This document shows positions 1 through 7,331 of a stretch of DNA of 64,000 nt, piece after piece. Below the pieces are notes generated by a model. It was not told the DNA's origin and did no database searches. It was given only the letters and a program-made list of their open reading frames with translations. Source of the stretch: Kiritimatiellia bacterium (GTDB taxonomy: Bacteria; Verrucomicrobiota; Kiritimatiellia; RFP12; JBMNHG01); assembly GCA_050950285.1 (NCBI GenBank), contig JBMNHG010000006.1:417167-481166 (forward strand), given 5' to 3'. The translations under genes and the position numbers were made by a program. Numbering within the stretch: the stretch's first letter is position 1; every line of letters starts with the position of its first letter.

Positions 1-248
1 AGGCGACGCTTGCCGGAGAGGGTCAGTTCATCGCCTTCCACGGTCACGTCCAGATCTTCGGGCGCCACGCCCGGAAGTTCCGCATCCAAGGTAAGCCCCT
101 TGTCGGTTTCACGGATCCAGATGCGCGGAAACGCGCTCAATCCCACCGTCGGACGGACTTCGTTCGAAGAACGGTCCGCGCGATACGGGAAATCAAACAG
201 GTTCCAGAGCCGTAGAGGGTCCATCGTGAAGTGTGCAAGTTCGTTCAT
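1..248 (-). CDS. Hsp20/alpha-crystallin small heat-shock protein (3' end runs off the window)
   Basis: Own translation from ATG at 248: MNELAHFTMDPLRLWNLFDF...IRETDKGLTLDAELPGVAPEDLDVTVEGDELTLSGKR, the typical Hsp20 core; GGAGA RBS upstream. Confidence 0.85.
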   Translation of the reverse strand, partial: MNELAHFTMDPLRLWNLFDFPYRADRSSNEVRPTVGLSAFPRIWIRETDKGLTLDAELPGVAPEDLDVTVEGDELTLSGKRR

Positions 249-297
249 AGTGTTTTCTCCTTTCCATTCGGACGGAATCGCCCAACGCCATTAGGAA

Positions 298-314
298 AGC
301 ACCTTCCGTGCCAA
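298..314 (-). promoter_or_regulatory. sigma54 (-24/-12) promoter of hsp20
   Basis: Minus strand TTGGCACGGAAGGTGCT, GG-N10-GC spacing, ~50 nt upstream of the start codon. Confidence 0.65.
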
Positions 315-421
315 GTACGAAAAACGAAAAAAAGCTCGCCGAACAAGAGTTGTTATGTCCTTGACGACAACAAGTAAGAACGAAAAAAGAAATTTTGTCA
401 CAGCAGGCTATTGTGTCTTTT

Positions 422-440
422 TGTCGCTTATACTGCGACA
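422..440. promoter_or_regulatory. palindrome, candidate enhancer (UAS) for a sigma54 activator
   Basis: TGTCGC-TTATACT-GCGACA, ~110 bp upstream of the sigma54 element, with an A-tract-rich spacer in between. Confidence 0.4.
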
Positions 441-518
441 CGCGGGACGCCCGCAGGGCGTCATAATGTCCCGTTTTTTTTGCGGGGCCCCTCGGCTTGG
501 GAGGGGGTTGCGGGCGTC

Positions 519-1388
519 CTAGATGCGGACGAGGGTGCCGACTTCCTCTTTCACGGGGAAGAAGCGGGGGCGCTCCTGGAGGGGGCTGTTGGGGCTGTGG
601 AGGGTGAGGAGGAGGCGCTGGTCGAAGGTTCGGAAGACCATGCCGTGGCCGCCGTCTTGGGTAAAGAGCGGGGGGAGCTGGCGGAAGTTGCCGTCGATAT
701 CGTCAGTCGAGCTGACGGCGATGCCTTGGGCGTAGGCGCCGCCATCGGCCATGCTGGCCCAGAGCAGGAGGAGGGTTCCGTCGGCGGTACGCCAGAGGAA
801 GGGGCCGTCGGTGACGAAGCCGCGGGCGGGATCCCCCTGGAATCCGATGGGGCGGGACCACGGGGCGTCGCTGGCATGAAAGAGGAGGCGCGGGGCGCCG
901 ATGGAGGTGCGGAGGTCGTCGGCGAGGGGCATGGAGCACATTTCGCCGTCGCCGACCTGGACCCATTCGTGGCAGAAGACGATGTGCGGGCGGCCGTTGC
1001 GGTCTACGTGGAAGGTGCCGTCGAGGCACTCCCATCCGGCGGGGGTCACGGGCCCGTCGGACCAGGGCTGATACGGCCCCATGGGCGACTCGGCGCGGAG
1101 GATGGCGGTGCCGCGGCAGACGCCCTCGCGCTTGAAGCTGGCGAACATGTAGTAGGCGCCGCGCCAGCGGTGGACTTCGGGCGCCCAGTAGTTGTGGGTG
1201 GCCCAGAACGAGCCGTCGTTTTGGAAGCAGGCGTGGGGACCGGACCAGTTCTCGAGGTCGTCGCCCACGTAGACATCGAAGCCGTCCGCCGCACCCCAGC
1301 AGGTGGGGCCGCGGGTGCCGAAGAGGTAGTACCGGCCGTTTTCGGCGAGGACGAAGGGGTCGCGGATGTTGATTTCGGAGTTTTTCAT
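519..1388 (-). CDS. glycoside hydrolase family 43
   Basis: IRDPFVL, WAPEVH, CLDGT, TDGPFL and GGHGMVF motifs. Confidence 0.9.
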   Translation of the reverse strand: MKNSEINIRDPFVLAENGRYYLFGTRGPTCWGAADGFDVYVGDDLENWSGPHACFQNDGSFWATHNYWAPEVHRWRGAYYMFASFKREGVCRGTAILRAESPMGPYQPWSDGPVTPAGWECLDGTFHVDRNGRPHIVFCHEWVQVGDGEMCSMPLADDLRTSIGAPRLLFHASDAPWSRPIGFQGDPARGFVTDGPFLWRTADGTLLLLWASMADGGAYAQGIAVSSTDDIDGNFRQLPPLFTQDGGHGMVFRTFDQRLLLTLHSPNSPLQERPRFFPVKEEVGTLVRI

Positions 1389-1395
1389 GGGAGGT

Positions 1396-1893
1396 TCAAT
1401 CGCCGGGGTCGATGGTCAGCCGCACGGAGCGGACGGCCTTCCCGGCCTTGGCGCGGACGCGGGAATCGATGGCCTGGAGGTGGTGGCGCTTCAATTCGGC
1501 GAGACGCACGCTTCCTTTGACGTAGACGTAGAGCGTGCCGTTCGCGAACTTGCCGGGGCGCGACGAGGCGGCGACATCGGCGCCGACCCAGTCGGCCCAG
1601 TGTTCGACGGCATCGGAGAGCCAGGCGGGCCCGCGGGGGGCGAGGCGCTCCATCAGCGAATCGATGAGCGTGGAGAGTTCCGTGGCGGGCCGCCGGTTTT
1701 CCGGGGCGTCGGCGTCCACGGGAAGGCGTGTGGCGACGCGGGCGCTGATCGTGGCCTCGGGCGGCTCGTAGACGAACGTGAAGGGAGGATCGTCCGTTTC
1801 GCCGCGATCAGCGGGACGCCTCCGGGTCCTGGCGTCCTCGCCGTCCCCGGGGGACACGCACGGGAATCCGTCGGCGTCGTCAGGACATTTCAT
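1396..1893 (-). CDS. DUF721/DciA-family protein with an N-terminal extension
   Basis: C-terminal part of ORF 1396..3255: HWADWVGADVAASSRPGKFANGTLYVYVKGSVRLAELK...VRLTI; ATG at 1893 overlaps the kinase stop (ATGA). Confidence 0.75.
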   Translation of the reverse strand: MKCPDDADGFPCVSPGDGEDARTRRRPADRGETDDPPFTFVYEPPEATISARVATRLPVDADAPENRRPATELSTLIDSLMERLAPRGPAWLSDAVEHWADWVGADVAASSRPGKFANGTLYVYVKGSVRLAELKRHHLQAIDSRVRAKAGKAVRSVRLTIDPGD

Positions 1894-4517
1894 TGGAAGT
1901 CGAGTTCGGGGAAGAGGCGGATGGCGTCCTCGCGGTAGTTCGGGTTGATCTTCAGGATGTCGTCGATGAGACCCTGGGCCATCTGCTTCGCGCCTTCGGG
2001 GCTGGTCTGGACGCCGATGGCGAGGCAGTAGGCCGCCGCGCCGAACGTTGCGGAACGCCGTTCGCGGAGGGGGATGTCGCGGGCGCGCTTGTCGTCCTGC
2101 AGGTAGAACTGGATCATCGGGACGATGCGCGTGGCGTCGAGCTTGGGGTCGCTCCAGCGGAGGGTGGCCTGGCCGTTGACGACGATCGCGCGGGCGTCGG
2201 CTGCGGTGACCGTCCATCCCTGGGGCGCGCGGAACTCGCCCTCGGCGAGGCGTGCGACGAGGAAGTCCTTGAAGTCCGAGAAGTATTGGATGCGCTCGAT
2301 GTTCCGCTGGAGGACCGCCTTGGCTTCGGGGGTGTCCAAACGGGCATCGTAGAGCTTCAGCACGCGGAGGGGCCTCCGGAAGTCGAACCTCGCGACGTCT
2401 CCCATCTGGCCGGCCACCTGGGCTTCGACGGCTTCGATCTCGTCCTCGATCTTCTGCCGGGCGGCGGCGGCGGCGCGGGCGAGTGCGGCCTGTTCGGCGG
2501 CCTCCAGGCGCTCCTGTTCGGCGGCGGCGGCCTCGCGCTCGCGGGCGTCCCGCCCGACCTTCACCGCGGCGCGGAGATCCTCGAGCTTGGCCTCCATCCG
2601 CGCGAGGGCGGCGTCGCACTCCTTGGCGGCGCGATCGAGTTCGTCGGCATGATCGCCCATCTGCTTCGCCTGGGCGGTGATGCCTTCGACATCGTTTACG
2701 GCGGGAAGGTCCGGCTCGACGGCGGCGAGGAGGGCGGCGGCCTCGATGGGACGGCCGGCCTCGAAGACCTCGCGGGCCATGAGGACGAGCGTGGGGATGA
2801 CCTCCGGGACAACCTCCTCGGCGAACTCGTCGTCGACGGACTCGTCGATGGGGGCATCTTCGTCGGACGGGGCTTCCGCGAGAGCCTCCCCGTCGGCGGA
2901 CTCGTCGGTTCCGGCGTCGTCCGCCAACTCCCCGGAAGCGGGCTCGCCGGCTTCGGCGGGCTCGTCGGCTTCGGCGGGCTCGTCGGCTTCGGTCGCCAGG
3001 GGGGGCGGGGCGATGCGGCCGCGCCATGCGCCGGCGACGTCTTCGTTCCCGGATGCGGCGAGCTCGTCGAGCGCGAGTTGTTCGGCCTCGCTGGTGATGA
3101 GCCTGGCCTTTTCGACGGCGTCGTGGATGGCGTCGTGTGCGCCGACAAAGCGCTTTTGCTGGGCCAGATGATTCTTGCGGGCCTGCTGGAGCTCCTGCTC
3201 CGCCTGTTCCTTCGCGGCCCGTTCCTGCGAGGCCTTGCGATGGAAGTAGTACCACGTTCCTCCGCCGCCGACGAGCAGGAGGCCGAGCAGCGAGAAGAAG
3301 ACCGCGAGCACGATGACGAGCGTATAGTGCTTCTCCTCGTCGTGGGGCTCTTCCTCTCCCCCGGCCTGGAATCCGCCGCTGGAGACGGCATCGCCCAGGT
3401 TCGAGGAGAGGCGCGTGGAGGAGCCGCGGGAGACCATGATCTTGCTGCGGCCGGTTGCGGGGATGTTCGAAGAATCGGATGCCTGCGACACCGGGGCGGT
3501 GGAAGCGGGTGCCGCCTGCCGCTTGCCTTTGAGCACGATCATCTTCTTGCCGGATCCGGAGGTGGCGGCGGGGGCGGAGGTGTCCAGGTAGCGGCGCATG
3601 TCGCCCAGAAGCGAGTCGTAGGTGGGATGGCGGCGGCCCGGTTCAAGCTGGAGCATGCGGTCGATGATGTCCGCGACCTCCCGCGGGATGTCGGGCCGGA
3701 TTTTGCGCAAGGGGGTTGGCGGGCCTGCGAAGCGCGCTTTCACCACGGCCACGGCGTCCTCGCCGTCGAAGGGGGGACGGCCCGCAAGCGCATGGTAAAG
3801 CGTGCCGCCGAGGCAGTAGATGTCGCTGCGGTGGTCGGTACGCTGGCGGCGGACCTTCTCGGGGGAGATGTAGTAGGGCGTGCCCCAGATTTCGTCGTTG
3901 CTCTGGTTGATGCTGCTGGCGAGCCCGAAGTCGAGGAGCTTGGCTTCGCCGCGCTCGTCGAAGAGGATGTTCTCGGGCTTGATGTCGCCATGCACGAGAT
4001 TCTCGGCGGCGGCCATCTTCAGTCCGTCGGCGATGTCCGCGCCCACGCGCATCACGAACGCGGGATCCAGCGGGCTCTCTTCGACGATCATCTTGTCGAA
4101 ATGTTTTCCGCCCACGAGCTCCATCACGATGTAGGGCTGGCCCTTCTCGGTTCCGAAGGCATAGATCTGCGCGATGTGCGGATGGTTCAACCGGGCCGCG
4201 GCCTGCGCCTCGCGGCGGAAGTTCTGCACGAACTCCGGGTTGTCGCCGAGCGACTTCAGCATCACCTTGATGGCCACGTCGCGGCCAAGGGATTCGTCGT
4301 GCGCACGGAAGACGACTCCCATGCCGCCCTTCCCGAGCAGATCCAACAACCGGAAGGAACCCAGGCGGGCCGGGACGACGAGCGTGCGGCCGCAAAACGG
4401 GCATTCCACGTTGGTGAAAGCGGGTGTGGACGATGTGTCGACTTGCCCGTTGCAAAAGGGGCACGCCATTTTCCGGATGGAATCGTAGAGGATGTTGATT
4501 TCGTTCGCCCCACTCAT
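1890..4517 (-). CDS. membrane Ser/Thr protein kinase (N-terminal zinc ribbon, TM helix, coiled extracytoplasmic domain)
   Basis: CPFC..CPFC, LGKGGMGVV, VAIK, HGDIKPEN, DFGLA, GTPYYISPE; hydrophobic helix LVIVLAVFFSLLGLLLV. Confidence 0.93.
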   Translation of the reverse strand: MSGANEINILYDSIRKMACPFCNGQVDTSSTPAFTNVECPFCGRTLVVPARLGSFRLLDLLGKGGMGVVFRAHDESLGRDVAIKVMLKSLGDNPEFVQNFRREAQAAARLNHPHIAQIYAFGTEKGQPYIVMELVGGKHFDKMIVEESPLDPAFVMRVGADIADGLKMAAAENLVHGDIKPENILFDERGEAKLLDFGLASSINQSNDEIWGTPYYISPEKVRRQRTDHRSDIYCLGGTLYHALAGRPPFDGEDAVAVVKARFAGPPTPLRKIRPDIPREVADIIDRMLQLEPGRRHPTYDSLLGDMRRYLDTSAPAATSGSGKKMIVLKGKRQAAPASTAPVSQASDSSNIPATGRSKIMVSRGSSTRLSSNLGDAVSSGGFQAGGEEEPHDEEKHYTLVIVLAVFFSLLGLLLVGGGGTWYYFHRKASQERAAKEQAEQELQQARKNHLAQQKRFVGAHDAIHDAVEKARLITSEAEQLALDELAASGNEDVAGAWRGRIAPPPLATEADEPAEADEPAEAGEPASGELADDAGTDESADGEALAEAPSDEDAPIDESVDDEFAEEVVPEVIPTLVLMAREVFEAGRPIEAAALLAAVEPDLPAVNDVEGITAQAKQMGDHADELDRAAKECDAALARMEAKLEDLRAAVKVGRDAREREAAAAEQERLEAAEQAALARAAAAARQKIEDEIEAVEAQVAGQMGDVARFDFRRPLRVLKLYDARLDTPEAKAVLQRNIERIQYFSDFKDFLVARLAEGEFRAPQGWTVTAADARAIVVNGQATLRWSDPKLDATRIVPMIQFYLQDDKRARDIPLRERRSATFGAAAYCLAIGVQTSPEGAKQMAQGLIDDILKINPNYREDAIRLFPELDFQ
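2940..2993. repeat. 18-nt tandem repeat x3 encoding (EADEPA)n in the kinase linker
   Basis: gggctcg(t/c)cggcttcgg(c/t) repeated three times. Confidence 0.7.
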
Positions 4518-4648
4518 GGGAGGTACTCCTTGCGGGGCGGCGATGGCTTGCCGGAACCCCAGATTCGAGGTATATCTTACGGCACGTTCCGTGGAATGTC
4601 AGCAAGAATCCCACGCACGCGTTTTCTTCCCCTCCGCAGGAACCCGCC

Positions 4649-5455
4649 ATGCACCCCGAACTCTTCACCATCGGCCCCTTCACTCTTCGCTCCTTTGGAC
4701 TGATGCTCGCCCTGGGCTTTCTCGCCGCCTTCCTTGCCCTGCGCGTCCTGCTGCGCGGCACCGGCCGCAACAGCGACTACGCCTCGACGCTGCTGGTGTG
4801 GTGCATGGCAGCGGGCGTGGCGGGCGCGCGCATCGCCTACGTGATGGAGCATTGGTCGACCCAGTTCCGCGACGACCCCGGCACGATCTTCCGCATCGAC
4901 CAAGGCGGCCTCATGTACTACGGCGGAATGATTGGCGCGCTCCTCGCCCTGTTCCTCTTCGCCCGGATCCATCGCGAGCATGTGCTGGACGTCTTGGACC
5001 AGACGGCCGGGGTCCTTCCCCTCGGACAGGCCTTCGGACGGATCGGGTGCTTCCTGAACGGCTGCTGCTACGGGCGGCTGTGCGACTCCTTCGGCGTGGC
5101 CTTCCCGCGCGGCTCCGCACCCTGGTACGAACAGGTGCGCACCCTGGCGATCGGCCCCGACACCCTGCAAAGCCTCCCGGTAGTCCCCGTGCAGCTTCTC
5201 GAGTCCGCAGGATGTGCACTCCTCTTCCTCTTCCTTTGGGGACTTCACCGGAAGAAGCGGCGCGGGCTCGTCACGGGCGCCTATCTCGTCGGCTACGGGC
5301 CGCTCCGCTTCGCGCTGGAATTCCTGCGCGGAGACGAGCGCCTCATGCTCGGCGCGTTCTCCATCGGCCAGACGATCAGCCTCGCCGCGATCCTCGCCGG
5401 CATCGTGCTTCTCGCCGTCTCCCTCGCCGCGACACGGGACGAAGCCAAACCGTGA
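4649..5455 (+). CDS. lgt: prolipoprotein diacylglyceryl transferase
   Basis: GARIAYV, GGLMYYGG, GRIGCFLNGCCYG, PVQLLE, RFALEFLRGD. Confidence 0.93.
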   Translation: MHPELFTIGPFTLRSFGLMLALGFLAAFLALRVLLRGTGRNSDYASTLLVWCMAAGVAGARIAYVMEHWSTQFRDDPGTIFRIDQGGLMYYGGMIGALLALFLFARIHREHVLDVLDQTAGVLPLGQAFGRIGCFLNGCCYGRLCDSFGVAFPRGSAPWYEQVRTLAIGPDTLQSLPVVPVQLLESAGCALLFLFLWGLHRKKRRGLVTGAYLVGYGPLRFALEFLRGDERLMLGAFSIGQTISLAAILAGIVLLAVSLAATRDEAKP

Positions 5456-5548
5456 ACCCTCTGCCCGCCGCCCGTCCTCCCCACATGGCCCCTGCGGCGA
5501 AGTAGGCCGCAGCCCCATTGCCCTTCCACGCCGGGCCGGGCCTTCCGG

Positions 5549-5679
5549 GAGCCCTCTTCGAAAAAACGCGCTTGCAAAACCCCTTGCCTGGGGACCGCCG
5601 TCCCCGGCGGGCGGACTGGAGGAACGACCTCCGTGTCGTCCAACCGGGTTTTGCAAGAGCCCTCTTCCCAAAAAACGCG
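5549..5679. repeat. MITE/REP-like element: 12-bp terminal inverted repeats inside imperfect ~22-bp direct repeats
   Basis: CTTGCAAAACCC (5571-5582) and GGGTTTTGCAAG (5646-5657); GAGCCCTCTTC(G/CC)AAAAAACGCG at 5549-5570 and 5657-5679; core 5589-5641 recurs inverted at 30012-30064. Confidence 0.65.
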
Positions 5680-5705
5680 GGCGGACGGGTGCGGACGGGA
5701 CGGGT

Positions 5706-5721
5706 TGGCACTTCTTTTGCT
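5706..5721 (+). promoter_or_regulatory. sigma54 promoter of the pilin-like cassette
   Basis: TGGCACTTCTTTTGCT matches TGGCAC-N5-TTGC and ends 14 nt before the ATG at 5736. Confidence 0.75.
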
Positions 5722-5735
5722 TGAAATCCAAGTAC

Positions 5736-6413
5736 ATGCAAAAGGATTCCCCTTTTCCCCTCCGGCATCGGTCCCGGGCGGCCTTCACGCTCATCGAGCT
5801 CGCACTCGCGGTGTTTGTGACGGGCGTGGCGGTATTGGGGGTCTTCGGCCTTCTCCGGCTGGGCGTCGGAGCCTCGACGGAAGCCGAGGACGAACTGCGC
5901 GCCGCCCTCTTCGCGGAGGATGTCTTCACCACGCTCCGCGTCTACTCGGACGCCATGCTGGACGTGCGGGACACCAACCGCTGGCAGAAGCTTTGCGCCG
6001 AGTCCGGACTCGAGCTCGACCCGGAAAGCCCGACCCTGTTCTCCGACTTCTGGGCGGCACTGGCCGAATGGGAGGGACAAAACGGGATGCCTTGTCTCCC
6101 GGATTTCTGGGAGGCGCCGGATTCGGGGCCTGGCGAAAGCACGACTCCGTATCCCATCCGCATCCATGTGGTGGGACCGGACGACCCCCTTCCCGACGAG
6201 ACGAGCACGAACGTCTTCTGCGCGGTGGACATCCGGGGCACGAACCCTGGGACGATCCCGGAATACACCCTCCGCTATCTCCTCACGGTGACGACGAACG
6301 AGTCGTCTCGCTACGTTGCGGCGAACCTCAACGTCTGGCCCGGGCTCGACGTCCGGCGGCGGTCGGACTACACCTTCTACACCCATATCTACGAGCGGGG
6401 GGAACGGCCATGA
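5736..6413 (+). CDS. type IV pilin-like protein (PilV/Verru_Chthon cassette B-like)
   Basis: MQKDSPFPLRHRSRAA|FTLIELALAVFVTGVAVLGVFGLL: class III signal with E5. Confidence 0.85.
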   Translation: MQKDSPFPLRHRSRAAFTLIELALAVFVTGVAVLGVFGLLRLGVGASTEAEDELRAALFAEDVFTTLRVYSDAMLDVRDTNRWQKLCAESGLELDPESPTLFSDFWAALAEWEGQNGMPCLPDFWEAPDSGPGESTTPYPIRIHVVGPDDPLPDETSTNVFCAVDIRGTNPGTIPEYTLRYLLTVTTNESSRYVAANLNVWPGLDVRRRSDYTFYTHIYERGERP

Positions 6414-7288
6414 AAAAGCGCGGCTTCACCTTGCTCGAACTCCTGGTCTCGACGACCGTCCTGATTACGCTTTTGACCTTGCTCGGCCATGCGCTCACGC
6501 AATCCGAGTCGCTCTGGGATCGCGGACGGAGCCGGATGCGCCTGCTGGCCTCGGGGAGGGCGGCCCTGGGAGTCATCCGAGCGGATCTGGAAAGCGCTTT
6601 CGCGACGAACCTCTACGTGCTGGTGGCGGAAGAAGAGGCGTCCGTCTTCGGGGACGTGCCGCTCGTCACGGACCTGCAAAGCGGCTTCGACATCGACGAA
6701 ACCTTCGGATCCCCGAATGCCGGCCTCTTCTTCTATCGCTTCTCGGCGACGCCGCGCGAGGGATGCTATCCGGTCGAGGCCGTCTGCTACTCGGTCACGA
6801 ACAGCGCTTCGTCCGACGCCCCCGGCGTCCTTCTGCCCCGGCTCGTCCGGCACACGTGCCGCTTCTCCCTTTCCCAGGACGATCCCGGCGACCTCCCCGG
6901 AACGGAGGCCTGGGAAGAGGGGGCCGACTTCCCGGACGTGGAGGACGTCGAGCCGCTCGAGGAATCTCTCCCGAAGGAAACGGGGCTTCCCCGGCCTGCC
7001 GAAACGCGTGTTGCTTCGATGGAGCTGCTGGACGGAGTGGTCGCGCTGTACTGCCGCCCCGTTTCGATGGCGGGAAACGAAGACGGGGACGCGACCGCGG
7101 ACGCCGTGGACGTCTATCTCGAACTGCTCGCCCCCGCCCAATGCCGACGTGTGTCGCGCCTCGCCGAAGACCGCCAAAAAGACTACGTCGCCAAGAACGC
7201 CGTCCGGCTTTCCGCCCGTTTCTCCCTCCTCGCCCATCCCGCCTTCCACGTGCCCGGGGACCTCGTGCCGCGCTGGGAGAACCGCTGA
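6410..7288 (+). CDS. type IV pilin-like protein (PilW/GspJ/Verru_Chthon cassette C-like)
   Basis: MKKRG|FTLLELLVSTTVLITLLTLL...IRADLESA; ATGA overlap with the upstream gene. Confidence 0.88.
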   Translation: MKKRGFTLLELLVSTTVLITLLTLLGHALTQSESLWDRGRSRMRLLASGRAALGVIRADLESAFATNLYVLVAEEEASVFGDVPLVTDLQSGFDIDETFGSPNAGLFFYRFSATPREGCYPVEAVCYSVTNSASSDAPGVLLPRLVRHTCRFSLSQDDPGDLPGTEAWEEGADFPDVEDVEPLEESLPKETGLPRPAETRVASMELLDGVVALYCRPVSMAGNEDGDATADAVDVYLELLAPAQCRRVSRLAEDRQKDYVAKNAVRLSARFSLLAHPAFHVPGDLVPRWENR

Positions 7289-7331
7289 AGCCCCCTCCCC
7301 TCTTCCGACCCTTCCGATCCAGGCTGAACCC

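Noticed and set aside
1893..4703. Long antisense and alternate-frame ORFs (e.g. 1893..4703+, 6795..9434-, 24382..27012+, 60211..62871+)
   Set aside because: These are shadow ORFs of real genes caused by high-GC codon bias; they are Arg/Gly/Pro-rich and lack motifs.
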